This document shows positions 7,053-15,483 of a stretch of DNA of 64,000 nt, in pieces. Under the pieces are notes generated by a model that made no database searches, was not told the DNA's origin, and saw only the letters and a list, made by a program, of their open reading frames with translations. A program made the position numbers and the translations under genes. The DNA is from Kiloniellales bacterium (GTDB lineage Bacteria; Pseudomonadota; Alphaproteobacteria; Kiloniellales; JAKSDN01), in assembly GCA_041617155.1 (NCBI GenBank), contig JBFJPL010000003.1, forward strand, positions 19,189-83,188. Reading direction: 5' to 3'. Position 1 is the first letter of the stretch. Each line of letters opens with the position of its first letter.

Positions 7053-9107
7053 TCAGACGATCTCGATCAGCAGGTCGAGCAGTTCGGAGATCGTGGTGGT
7101 CAAGCGCGCCGAGGCGGCATAGGCGTTTTGCAGCACCACGAGCTGGGCCAGTTCCTCGTCCAGGTTGACCTGGCTGATCGCGGCCGACTGGGTCTCCAGC
7201 GCGATGGCGAAGCTCTCGCCGAAGGCGATTTCGTCGCCGAGGACGCTGGCGTTCGCGGCATTGAGCGAAAGAATGTTGGCGGCATAGCCGGCCAGCGTGG
7301 TGACGCTGACCGGCAAGCCGCCGGCCGCGGCGAAGCTTCGGTCCGTGGTGAAAGCATCGGCCATGGCCCGCGCGATCGATCCGTCGCCGGCGGAGATCGC
7401 GATGTCGCCGACGGCGAGGGTGACAGCCGACGACAGCTCGCCGCGCGCGACCAGGTTGGGATCGGCCAGCACCGCCGGGCGTACTTCCAGGAGGCCGGCC
7501 GTGCCGGCCTGGCCCGCGCGCAGATTCAGCTGTCCGCTCAGGGTCCCGGTGTCGGACAGGAAGAAGTTGTCGCCGTCGCCGTCGCGAATCTCCAACCGGA
7601 AGCCGCTGCCCTCGTTCACCACCGTGGCCGCGATGTTGGCGCCGCCGAGCGCGGCGTTGATCGCCGTCGCGATGTCGGTCAGGCTGTCGCCGGCGGCGTA
7701 GGCCACGCTGGTGGTCGCGCCGGCAACGGAAAAGTCGAGCGAGCCGGCGAGGCCCAGTACGGCGGTGGCGCTGGCGCTGCGGTCGCTCTGATAGACGTCG
7801 AAGTCGCTGCCGCTGACGAACAGGTCGTTGAGTCCCAGGAAGTGGGCCAGACCCTGGGTGGTGTTTCCCGTGGCGACCGCGCTATCGCTTTCGTTGACCG
7901 CGATGCCGTTGCCGCCGGCTGCGGTCAGCACCAACTGCCCGTTGGCGTTGATGCTGGCGCTGGCATTGGCCATGGCGTTGATCTGGGCGACCAACTGGCC
8001 GACGTTGGGCGGCGCCAGGGCGGTCAGGTCGATGTCCAGCGCCTCGACCACCAGGCCGGCGGCATCGACCACCGCGACGCGGAAGTTGCCGCCGAAGGCC
8101 GGTGCGTCGGTCGCCGCGACGCTGCGGCTGCCGGTCAGGCTGCCGGGCGCCGGGAAGGCGGTGCCGTCGTTGTGCAGGGCGTTGATGCCGTCCCTCAGGG
8201 CCTCGGCCAAGCGGTCGATCTCGGCCTGCAGGTCGACCAGGGTTTCGTCGCGCAGGGTCAGCAGGCCGTCCAGGCGGCCGGAGCGAATCTCGCCGGTGAT
8301 GTCCAAACCGGCCGTCCCGTAGGTGATGCCGGCCAGGCCGTTCTGCAGGGTGGCGCCGGCGGCGACCTGGGCCGAGGGCGTGAATCCCAGATTGGTCGGC
8401 AGGCTGTCGAGCAGGGTCCGCCCGGAGCTCGTGGTGATGACCACTTCGCCGCTGGTTCGCTCGAAATAGTGGATATCGATCTCGGCGGCGAGCTGGTCGA
8501 TCAGGAGGTCGCGCCTGTCCCGCAGATCGCCGACCGGCCGGCCGATCGCGAGGCCGCTGGCGATCTCCACGTTCACGTCGTCGATGTCGGGCAGCAGGCC
8601 GTTGATCCGGTCGATCGAGGCGGCGATCTCACGGTCGGTCGAGGCCCGCATCCGTTGCAGGTTGTCGGTCATGAAGTTCAGCTGGTCGGCCAGACGGCGG
8701 GCGGTGTCCACGACGCCGTTGCGCGCAACCACGCTTTCCGGCGCGTTCGCCATGGCTTCGATCGCCGATCCGAACTCGGTCAGGCCGTGGCTGACCGAGC
8801 TGTTGTCGGCCAGCGAGCCGAACAGGTTTTGGGTCTGGTCGAGGATGCCGCTCTGAACCTGCTGTCCGGTCAGCTTGGCGATATGGTCGCGGATCTGGCG
8901 CAGCAGCTGTTCGTCGACCGTGCGCTGCACCGCGGCCAGCTCGACGCCGACCGCCTGGCCGGCCACCACCAGGGTCTGTGGCTGGCTGACCTTGCGCGTG
9001 TAGCCCTCGGTGTTGACGTTGGCGATGTTGTTGGAAACGGTCTGCAAGGCGGCCTGCATCGTCTGCAGGCCGGACAGCGCGGTATTGAGCGAACCGATAA
9101 GCGACAT
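7053..9107 (-). CDS. flgK: Flagellar hook-associated protein 1
   Basis: 684 aa. The N-terminus MSLIGSLNTALSGLQTMQAALQTVSNNIANVNTEGYTRK is the axial-protein motif. The C-terminus is ...VVLQNAYAASARLTTTISELLDLLIEIV. Confidence 0.9.
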   Translation of the reverse strand: MSLIGSLNTALSGLQTMQAALQTVSNNIANVNTEGYTRKVSQPQTLVVAGQAVGVELAAVQRTVDEQLLRQIRDHIAKLTGQQVQSGILDQTQNLFGSLADNSSVSHGLTEFGSAIEAMANAPESVVARNGVVDTARRLADQLNFMTDNLQRMRASTDREIAASIDRINGLLPDIDDVNVEIASGLAIGRPVGDLRDRRDLLIDQLAAEIDIHYFERTSGEVVITTSSGRTLLDSLPTNLGFTPSAQVAAGATLQNGLAGITYGTAGLDITGEIRSGRLDGLLTLRDETLVDLQAEIDRLAEALRDGINALHNDGTAFPAPGSLTGSRSVAATDAPAFGGNFRVAVVDAAGLVVEALDIDLTALAPPNVGQLVAQINAMANASASINANGQLVLTAAGGNGIAVNESDSAVATGNTTQGLAHFLGLNDLFVSGSDFDVYQSDRSASATAVLGLAGSLDFSVAGATTSVAYAAGDSLTDIATAINAALGGANIAATVVNEGSGFRLEIRDGDGDNFFLSDTGTLSGQLNLRAGQAGTAGLLEVRPAVLADPNLVARGELSSAVTLAVGDIAISAGDGSIARAMADAFTTDRSFAAAGGLPVSVTTLAGYAANILSLNAANASVLGDEIAFGESFAIALETQSAAISQVNLDEELAQLVVLQNAYAASARLTTTISELLDLLIEIV

Positions 9108-9133
9108 CTCGTGGGATCTCCCGTTGGCCCGCC

Positions 9134-9592
9134 CTAGAGAACCTGGTTGACCGATACCGCTGGCAGCGTGTCCACCGGTCCGCCTTCGCTCAATCCGCCG
9201 TTCGCCTGGTAGCGGTTGCCGCCGCGCTGCTCGTCACGCACCGCGTGGGCGATGGCTCTCACCAGGCGGCCGTTGACCTCGATCCCGGCCCTGAGCGCAA
9301 GCGCATTTGCTTCGGTCGCGGCGGCCAGATCTTGCGCCGCCGCCTTGATCGCGGTCTTTGCCTCGGAGTCGAGGTCCCGCAGCAGTTCCGGACGGTCGGC
9401 CAGCTGGCCGAGCAGGTCCCGGTAGGTCTTCGTCGCGGCCTGCTTATCGGGCAACAGGGATTCGATCTCCCCGGTGCGCATGGTCTCGAGCAGCCGAACT
9501 TCGTCCTGCATCAGCGCCGTCAGGCGGCCGACGGTCCGGGTCAGTTGTTCGGCAATCCGGGGGGCCGTCGTCTCAGTGGTGTTCTCGGTCAC
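9134..9592 (-). CDS. Small helical flagellar protein, FlgN/FlbY-like (putative export chaperone or assembly factor)
   Basis: 152 aa, all-helical composition. Lies between flgJ and flgK with a 4-nt overlap to flgJ, a position equivalent to flbY in the Caulobacter flgI-cheL-flbY operon. The family assignment rests on context and composition only. Confidence 0.5.
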   Translation of the reverse strand: MTENTTETTAPRIAEQLTRTVGRLTALMQDEVRLLETMRTGEIESLLPDKQAATKTYRDLLGQLADRPELLRDLDSEAKTAIKAAAQDLAAATEANALALRAGIEVNGRLVRAIAHAVRDEQRGGNRYQANGGLSEGGPVDTLPAVSVNQVL

Positions 9593-9912
9593 GGCTGGCT
9601 CTCCTGTAGCCTAAGGATTTCACGTTGCACGGCATCGGCGATGCCGACACCGCCGGAGCGGGCGATCGCCTTGCCGTATTCTTGCACCATCATGGAGCGA
9701 TAGACCTCTTCGCCGGGGCCGCCGCCGAACAGCGGGTCGGTCCCCAGCTGCTCGAAGATCGGCGCCAACATTTGCGCGAGAAAAAGCGCTTCGAATTCCT
9801 CGGCGGTCCGGTGCGCTTTCTCGAGATCCGCCGATCGCGAACCGGCCGCTTGCCCGATGGCGTGCGGACCAGGTCCTGCCAGCTCGGCGACGATCTGTTT
9901 CGGCCCCATCAC
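9589..9912 (-). CDS. flgJ: Rod-binding protein (FlgJ N-terminal domain only, CheL-like; no muramidase domain)
   Basis: 107 aa. The motif AEEFEALFLAQMLAPIFE...EVYRSMMVQEYGKAIA matches the Rod_binding domain. It overlaps flgI and the next gene by 4 nt each. Confidence 0.85.
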   Translation of the reverse strand: MMGPKQIVAELAGPGPHAIGQAAGSRSADLEKAHRTAEEFEALFLAQMLAPIFEQLGTDPLFGGGPGEEVYRSMMVQEYGKAIARSGGVGIADAVQREILRLQESQP

Positions 9913-11069
9913 AGCACCTCGATTTCGGCCTGCAGGGCGCCGGCCGCCTTGATCGCCTGCAGGATCGTGATCATGTCGCGCGGTCCGATGCCCAGGGCGT
10001 TCAGGCCGTTGACCAGCTCCTGCAGGCTGACGCCGGCCGGCAGGACCGCCAGGCGCTGGTCGCCGTTCTCGTCGACCTGGACGTTGGTGCGGTCGACGGT
10101 TTCCGTGTTGCCGGTGGCCGACAGCGGATTGGGTTGGCTGACCTGCGGCGTTTCGGTGATGCGGATGGTCAGGTTGCCCTGGGCGATCGCGACCGTGCTG
10201 ATCCGAACGCTTTCGCCCATGACGATGACGCCTGACTGCTCGTCGATCACCACGCGGGCGGTCTGGTCGGCGGCGATACGCAACTGCTCGATCTCGCTCA
10301 GCAGCCCGACCGTGCCGCCGGGGTACTCGGGCGGCACCTGGACGAGTACGGTGGCCGAATCGAGTTGTTGGGCGATCGGCGCTTTGACGGCGCCGTTGAC
10401 CGCGGCGGCGAGGCGGCGCGCGGTGGTGAAATCCGGGTTCCTGAGGCTGACCTTCACGCTCACCATGCGCTGCAGGTCGAATTCGACCTCGCGCTCGATG
10501 ATCGCGCCGTTGGGAATGCGGCCGGTGGTCGGGACCCCCTTGCTGACCTCCTCGGCCGCGCCGCCGGCGCTGAAGCCGGCCACGGTGACGGCACCCTGGG
10601 CGACGGCGTAGATCTCGCCGTCCGCGCCCATCAGCGGGCTGACCACAAGGGTGCCGCCCAGCAGGCTCTTGGCGTCGCCCAGGGTCGAGATCGTTACGTC
10701 GATGCGCTGGCCCTGGCGGGCGAAGGGCGGCAGGTGGGCGGTGACCATGACCGCGGCCACGTTGTCGGTCTCGAGGTCGTCGCTGCGGGCGTTGACGCCG
10801 AGGCGCTCGAGCATGCCGATCAGGCTTTCCCGGGTGAAGACGGCGCTGTCCAGGTCGTCGCCGGTGCCGTTCAGGCCGACCACCAGCCCATAGCCGATCA
10901 GCTGGTTGTCGCGCACGCCCTCGAATTCGGCGATATCCTTGATGCGCGCCTGGGCCTGGGCGAGCTCCGGCCGCAGGGCCGCGGCCAGGAACAGCGCGGC
11001 GAACAGCGCGGTCCAGCGAAACCGGCTGCGGGTCGCGGCAGCTCTTGGTTCTGGCGTGCTTCCGGCCAT
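9909..11069 (-). CDS. flgI: Flagellar P-ring protein
   Basis: ARIKDIAEFEGVRDNQLIGYGLVVGLNGTGD... and C-terminal ...ITILQAIKAAGALQAEIEVL. A signal peptide follows ATG 11069, with GGAG 12 nt upstream. The track's TTG start at 11129 abuts the predicted sigma54 promoter (11130-11145) and lies upstream of its predicted transcription start, so it is disfavoured. Confidence 0.9.
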   Translation of the reverse strand: MAGSTPEPRAAATRSRFRWTALFAALFLAAALRPELAQAQARIKDIAEFEGVRDNQLIGYGLVVGLNGTGDDLDSAVFTRESLIGMLERLGVNARSDDLETDNVAAVMVTAHLPPFARQGQRIDVTISTLGDAKSLLGGTLVVSPLMGADGEIYAVAQGAVTVAGFSAGGAAEEVSKGVPTTGRIPNGAIIEREVEFDLQRMVSVKVSLRNPDFTTARRLAAAVNGAVKAPIAQQLDSATVLVQVPPEYPGGTVGLLSEIEQLRIAADQTARVVIDEQSGVIVMGESVRISTVAIAQGNLTIRITETPQVSQPNPLSATGNTETVDRTNVQVDENGDQRLAVLPAGVSLQELVNGLNALGIGPRDMITILQAIKAAGALQAEIEVL

Positions 11070-11129
11070 GGCTTGCCTGTTCTCCCGACGATTTCCGGAC
11101 CCGAAAGCGGGCGGGCCGCCCAACGGCAA

Positions 11130-11145
11130 TGCGAAAGGCGTGCCA
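11130..11145 (-). promoter_or_regulatory. sigma54-type -24/-12 promoter of the flgI-flgJ-flgN-like-flgK-flgL operon
   Basis: The minus strand reads TGGCACGCCTTTCGCA, with correct spacing and one mismatch in the -12 element. It lies about 60 nt upstream of ATG 11069. Confidence 0.7.
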
Positions 11146-11242
11146 CTCTCAGGGCTGTGGAAAAGCTCAGGAAATCAGGTATATAGGTTTCCCAAGACAA
11201 TGCGTAGGCGGCCAGCCGCCAAGCACCCGGCAAGGATGAACC

Positions 11243-11255
11243 GGCAACAATTACC
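11243..11255. promoter_or_regulatory. Candidate enhancer dyad upstream of the flgI sigma54 promoter
   Basis: GGCAACAATTACC lies about 100 bp upstream of 11130-11145. A related GGTACAGTTTGCC lies at 11672-11684. Confidence 0.4.
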
Positions 11256-11317
11256 CGCGGACGGCTGCTGATGGACCTTGGAATTTCAGCGCGAGAAGAT
11301 CGGCGCGTCGGGCAGGC

Positions 11318-11668
11318 TCAGACGACCCGGTCCAAGACCAGGCCTGAATCGTCGACTTCGCCATTGGCCGCGGCGACGATGCTGTCGATGTGCTTGACCA
11401 GTTCTTCCGGCGGGAAGCGCTGAACCACTTCACCGGATTCGGGGTCGACGATCTCGACGAAAACCCGGCTGAGCTCCTGGTCGTAGGTCAAGCGCGATCG
11501 CGAAGACTGCGCGGCCTGAAACGACCGGGCAGATCGCTCGGCGTTCTGGTTGGGCTCCACGCGCTCCTTGCGCACCACGGGCTCCGCGGGGCGGTTGGCG
11601 GCTGGGGCCGGTAGCCTCTGGCGAGGCGGTTCGGCGGACAGCGCTATATTTGTGATCGCGACCAACAT
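11318..11668 (-). CDS. flaG: FlaG-family flagellar protein
   Basis: 116 aa. The C-terminal motif LTYDQELSRVFVEIVDPESGEVVQRFPPEELV matches the FlaG signature (xYDxE...V.vvD..TGEvIRQiPpEe). Confidence 0.75.
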   Translation of the reverse strand: MLVAITNIALSAEPPRQRLPAPAANRPAEPVVRKERVEPNQNAERSARSFQAAQSSRSRLTYDQELSRVFVEIVDPESGEVVQRFPPEELVKHIDSIVAAANGEVDDSGLVLDRVV

Positions 11669-11807
11669 CAGGGTACAGTTTGCCTATTATCACTAATATA
11701 TAGCACATAGCATCATGATGCAAATGTATTAATAAAAACTTTACTGCACACTACTATTCCGATGCCTGGTTTCATCTGGGAAAGCCACACGAATCTGCGT
11801 TTTATGA

Positions 11808-11822
11808 TTAACGGATTGTTAA
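11808..11822. promoter_or_regulatory. CtrA-type box (TTAA-N7-TTAA) upstream of fliX
   Basis: TTAACGGATTGTTAA is a perfect match. It lies 61 nt upstream of the fliX ATG within a roughly 210-bp AT-rich divergent region. Confidence 0.6.
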
Positions 11823-11882
11823 CCCCGGCGCTCCCAGTCTGGTCGATGGATGCGAGCCATGAGCAGGTAGTGAGCAGCTAGA

Positions 11883-12296
11883 ATGAAGATCGATCCTCTT
11901 GCCAAACAGCGCCTGTCACCGACCCGGCGCAGCGAGCGCGCCAAGCAGCCGGAGGCGGGCGGTTTTGCCGAGGAACTGAGCGGCGAGGCCCCGGCCGGCG
12001 GCTCGGTCGGCGGCGCCACGGCGCCCAGTCCGGTCGACGGCCTGCTTGCCCTGCAGGAGGTGTCGGACGGCTTGGCGCGCCATGCCAAGGCGCGGCAGCG
12101 CGGCGAGGCCCTGCTCGAAGAGCTCGATAGACTGCGCCTGGATCTCCTGACCGGGACACTATCCAAGGCCCGGCTGGAGCATCTGGCGGCTTTGACGGCG
12201 GCGCAGCGGGAGCGGATCGATGATCCACACTTGGCGCAGATCATCGAGGAGATCGAGCTGCGGGCGGCGGTCGAACTGGCCAAACTCGACCACTAG
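11883..12296 (+). CDS. fliX: Class II flagellar assembly regulator FliX
   Basis: 137 aa. GLLALQEV...RQRGEALLEELDRLRLDLLTG...DPHLAQIIEEIELRAAVELAKL fits the FliX family pattern. It is divergent from the flgI-containing strand as in Caulobacter, with a perfect TTAA-N7-TTAA box 61 nt upstream. Confidence 0.7.
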   Translation: MKIDPLAKQRLSPTRRSERAKQPEAGGFAEELSGEAPAGGSVGGATAPSPVDGLLALQEVSDGLARHAKARQRGEALLEELDRLRLDLLTGTLSKARLEHLAALTAAQRERIDDPHLAQIIEEIELRAAVELAKLDH

Positions 12297-12372
12297 GGCG
12301 CGGAAACAACAACCGAACATTTTTTACCTGATATCAACGTCATGAAGTGACCATGACGATGCATTCTTGTGC

Positions 12373-12400
12373 TTGAAGGGTCGCGGGAAATTCATATACT
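12373..12400 (+). promoter_or_regulatory. Candidate sigma70-type promoter of dksA with a flanking inverted repeat
   Basis: TTGAAG-N16-TATACT. The -10 element is bracketed by the inverted repeat GTCGCGG...CCGCGAC (12380-12407). Confidence 0.35.
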
Positions 12401-12436
12401 CCGCGACAATCTGGAGGACTCAGGCAGGGGTGAGGC

Positions 12437-12859
12437 ATGGCGAATGGGACTAGGTTAGCGATCGGTTACCGTCCGTCCGACGATGAGCCGTTCATGAATT
12501 CCCGTATGAGGGATTATTTTCGGCAGAAACTGCTCGCCTGGAAGCAGGAACTGCTCGAGGAGTCGACCGAAACGCTCCAGCATCTCCAGGAAGGCGGTCT
12601 GGCCGAGCCGGATATCGCCGACCGGGCCTCGCTGGAGACCGACCGCTCGCTCGAACTGCGCACCCGAGACCGGGAGCGCAAGCTGATTGCCAAGATCGAG
12701 GACGCCCTGCGCCGGATCGACGAGGGCTCCTATGGCTATTGCGAGGAAACCGCCGAGCCGATCAGCCTGAGACGGCTCGAGGCGCGGCCCATCGCGACCC
12801 TCTCGATCGAGGCCCAGGAGCGTCACGAGCGCATGGAGCGCACCCACCGCGACGATTGA
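12437..12859 (+). CDS. dksA: RNA polymerase-binding transcription factor DksA (Cys-poor variant)
   Basis: 140 aa. It carries the coiled-coil tip motif PDIADRASLETDRSLELRTRDRERKLIAKIEDAL (DxxDxA) and YGYCEETAEPISLRRLEARPIATLSIEAQE. Only 1 of the 4 canonical zinc-finger Cys is present. Confidence 0.9.
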   Translation: MANGTRLAIGYRPSDDEPFMNSRMRDYFRQKLLAWKQELLEESTETLQHLQEGGLAEPDIADRASLETDRSLELRTRDRERKLIAKIEDALRRIDEGSYGYCEETAEPISLRRLEARPIATLSIEAQERHERMERTHRDD

Positions 12860-12918
12860 ACCCGCCCAAGGGGGAAAATCAAACCGCCGGAGCCCGTGGC
12901 CGCGATTCGGACAGGCTG

Positions 12919-13689
12919 CTAGAACGGCCAGAGAATATCGAAGATCTGCTGCCCGTAGCGCGGCTGCTGGAGATCGCTGATCTGGCCGCGTCCGCCGTAG
13001 GCGATGCGCGCCTCGGCGATCTGGTCGAACTGGATCGTGTTGGTCGAGGCGATGTCCTCGGGCCTGATGATGCCGGCCACCTGCAGCTCGCGCATTTCGA
13101 AGTTGACCCGCACCTCCTGGCGCCCGGCGACCACCAGATTGCCGTTGGGCAGCACCTGGATGACCAGGGCGGCGACGCTCAGATCGATGGCTTCGTCGCG
13201 CTGGATGCTGCCGACCCCTTGGGTGCTGCCGGAGCTGTCCAGGTCGATCAGGCTGGTCGGATCGATCGCGGTCGGCAGGATCTGGCTGAGACTAGCCTCG
13301 TAGCCGAGGATCGAGCTGGCCGAGGAGTCCTCCGCCGCGGTCCGGCTGCGGTTGGTCGTGTTGGAGATCGCGGCGCTGTCCTGGATCGAGATGTTGATGG
13401 TTACGATGTCGCCCACCGTGGCTGCGCGCTGGTCCTGCAGGAAATGTTGCGAGCCCGGCCGCCACAGCGAATTGGCCTGGTGCGTGACCAAGGCCGGTGC
13501 CGGCTGCGGTACCTGCACCGGCTGCCGGCCGATGATCCGCTGCGGGTTCTCGATGCCGCTCATCGGCGGCGGCCGGCCGATTTCGGCGATCCGCTGCAGC
13601 GCGTTGCAGGCGCTCAGGGACGCGGCGATCAGCAGGGTTCCGGCCAGGCGGAGCGGGCGGGCGAGGGAGGTGCGATGCTGCGGGGCCAA
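12919..13689 (-). CDS. flgH: Flagellar L-ring lipoprotein
   Basis: 256 aa with a lipobox (LLIAASLSAC). SLWRPGSQHFLQDQRAATVGDIVTINISI... is typical of FlgH. Confidence 0.9.
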   Translation of the reverse strand: MAPQHRTSLARPLRLAGTLLIAASLSACNALQRIAEIGRPPPMSGIENPQRIIGRQPVQVPQPAPALVTHQANSLWRPGSQHFLQDQRAATVGDIVTINISIQDSAAISNTTNRSRTAAEDSSASSILGYEASLSQILPTAIDPTSLIDLDSSGSTQGVGSIQRDEAIDLSVAALVIQVLPNGNLVVAGRQEVRVNFEMRELQVAGIIRPEDIASTNTIQFDQIAEARIAYGGRGQISDLQQPRYGQQIFDILWPF

Positions 13690-13700
13690 GGGAGCCTCCT

Positions 13701-14651
13701 TCAGTTGACGGTCGCGATGGTGGCGGGCAGCACCCGGACGGTACCGGCCCGCACCACCACGCCATTGATCACGGCATTTGACTTGGTGTTCATGACCCGG
13801 ATGACCTGACCGCTGGCACCGTCTTCCAGGGCACGGCCCTGGGCGGTCAGGACCATGCGGTCGGTTTCCAGCCGCAGGATCACCAGGCTCTTGCGGGGCA
13901 CCAGCACGGGTTCCCGCAGGTTGCCGGTGCGGATCGCTTCGCCGGCCCGGATCGGTCGGCGCGGGCTCTTGCCGATCAGACGCTGTGCGTCGAGCACCAC
14001 GTTGCCTGCCAGACGATCGCTGCGTTGGCGCAGCCAGTCGACATCCGCGTGGCTGATGATCTCACCCGGCAAGGCGCGCCGGCGCAGCACCGGAACCTCG
14101 GTCATCTGGACCGCACGACCGGTGACCGTGCCGCGGGCCAGGGGCGCCGCGCCGGCTGGTGCCTGGAGATGGGCCATGAAGCGGCCGCTGGCCGGGTCGT
14201 GGGCGAGGCTGGTCAGGGCCAGGGTCGGCTCGGCGTCGACCGGCAACTCCAGGTGCAGCGTCGGGTTGTCCAGAACCAGCGAGACGTCACCGCTGACGCC
14301 GCGCTCGGCCAAGGCCGCCTGCAGCGCGGCTTTGATGTGCGCGGCGCCGATGACATGGCTGGCGCGGGTCACCACGACACTGTCGAGCGCCGAGGCGGGT
14401 CGCCAGTCGATACCGTAGCCGCTGGCCACGGCGGCGAGCCAGCGGGCGTCCAGCTCTACTCGGCGGCCCGGGGCGGGCGCGCGCGCGACCGCGGTGTCGG
14501 CAGCATCCGTCAGCCCCTCGAACAGGTCGCCCAGGCGCAGGATCGCGCCGTCGATGACGACCGACTTCTTGAGCAGGACCGGCGTCTGGCCGGCCTGGGC
14601 GGGCAGGGCGAGCAGGAGGCCGAAAATCAGGGCCAGGCAGCGGGTTCTCAT
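13701..14651 (-). CDS. flgA: Flagellar P-ring assembly chaperone FlgA
   Basis: 316 aa with a signal peptide. The C-terminal SAF-like region is GEAIRTGNLREPVLVPRKSLVILRLETDRMVLTAQGRALEDGASGQVIRVMNTKSNAVINGVV. Located between flgG and flgH. Confidence 0.8.
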   Translation of the reverse strand: MRTRCLALIFGLLLALPAQAGQTPVLLKKSVVIDGAILRLGDLFEGLTDAADTAVARAPAPGRRVELDARWLAAVASGYGIDWRPASALDSVVVTRASHVIGAAHIKAALQAALAERGVSGDVSLVLDNPTLHLELPVDAEPTLALTSLAHDPASGRFMAHLQAPAGAAPLARGTVTGRAVQMTEVPVLRRRALPGEIISHADVDWLRQRSDRLAGNVVLDAQRLIGKSPRRPIRAGEAIRTGNLREPVLVPRKSLVILRLETDRMVLTAQGRALEDGASGQVIRVMNTKSNAVINGVVVRAGTVRVLPATIATVN

Positions 14652-14678
14652 GGAGTCACCTCGGTTCTATGGCGCCGC

Positions 14679-15464
14679 CTAGCGCAGCTGGGTCACGCTC
14701 GACATCATCTCGTCAGACGCCTGGATCACCTTGGAGTTCATCTCGTAGGCCCGCTGGGCGGTGATCAGGTTGGTGATCTCCGACACCACGTTGACGTTCG
14801 AGGCCTCCAGCGCGCCCTGCTCCATCGAGCCGAAGCCGGTCGAGGCCGGCGTACCGACGGTTGGCGTGCCGGATGCCGGAGTCTCCAGCAGCAGGTTGTC
14901 GCCGATCGGCTCCAGGCCCGCCTGATTGAGGAAGGTGGCCAGTTCGAGCTGGCCGACCTGCTGCGGCGCGACCTGGCCGGCGATGGTCACGAAGACCTGG
15001 CCGCTGGCGTTGATCGTCACCGTGCTGGCGTTGTTCGGAATGGTGATGCCGGGCTGCACGACAAGACCGTCGGGGGTGACCAGGTCGCCGTCCGCCGAGA
15101 GCTGGAATGCGCCGGCGCGGGTGTAGCCGGTCTCTCCGCTCGGCAGCTCGACCTGGAAATAGCCGCGGCCGCTGATCGCCAGGTCGAAGGGGTTGTCGGT
15201 GATGTTCATGCTGCCCTGTTCGGCGATCCGGTAGACCGCGGCCGGCTGCACGCCGAGCCCGAGCTGCACGCCGGCGGGCACGATGGTGCCGGCTTCCGAC
15301 GAGGTCGAGCCGACCCGCAGCTGGTTCTGGTACAGCAGATCCTGAAACTCCGCGCGGCGGCGCTTGAAGCCGGTCGTGTTCATGTTGGCGATGTTGTTCG
15401 AGATGACCTCGACGTTGAGCTGCTGAGCCAGCATGCCGGTCGCGGCGATATCGAGCGATTTCAT
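14679..15464 (-). CDS. flgG: Flagellar distal rod protein
   Basis: 261 aa. MKSLDIAATGMLAQQLNVEVISNNIANMNTTGFKRRRAEFQDLLYQ... and C-terminal ...LITAQRAYEMNSKVIQASDEMMSSVTQLR. Confidence 0.93.
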   Translation of the reverse strand: MKSLDIAATGMLAQQLNVEVISNNIANMNTTGFKRRRAEFQDLLYQNQLRVGSTSSEAGTIVPAGVQLGLGVQPAAVYRIAEQGSMNITDNPFDLAISGRGYFQVELPSGETGYTRAGAFQLSADGDLVTPDGLVVQPGITIPNNASTVTINASGQVFVTIAGQVAPQQVGQLELATFLNQAGLEPIGDNLLLETPASGTPTVGTPASTGFGSMEQGALEASNVNVVSEITNLITAQRAYEMNSKVIQASDEMMSSVTQLR

Positions 15465-15483
15465 GGTACTGCTCCCCGGGTCT

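Noticed and set aside
5908-9137. Long plus-strand ORFs (5908-7122, 7128-9137) antisense to flgL and flgK
   Set aside because: These are typical GC-rich shadow frames with Arg/Gly/Ala/Asp-rich sequence and no family resemblance. The opposite strand encodes unmistakable FlgL and FlgK. The same reasoning applies to 1273-2910, 9625-10611, 10365-11186, 12739-13809, 14025-15827 and 16487-17567.
11070-11129. Upstream TTG start extending FlgI by 20 codons
   Set aside because: It abuts the predicted sigma54 promoter and lies upstream of its predicted transcription start, and it adds a non-signal-peptide extension. ATG 11069 has an SD and begins a normal signal peptide.
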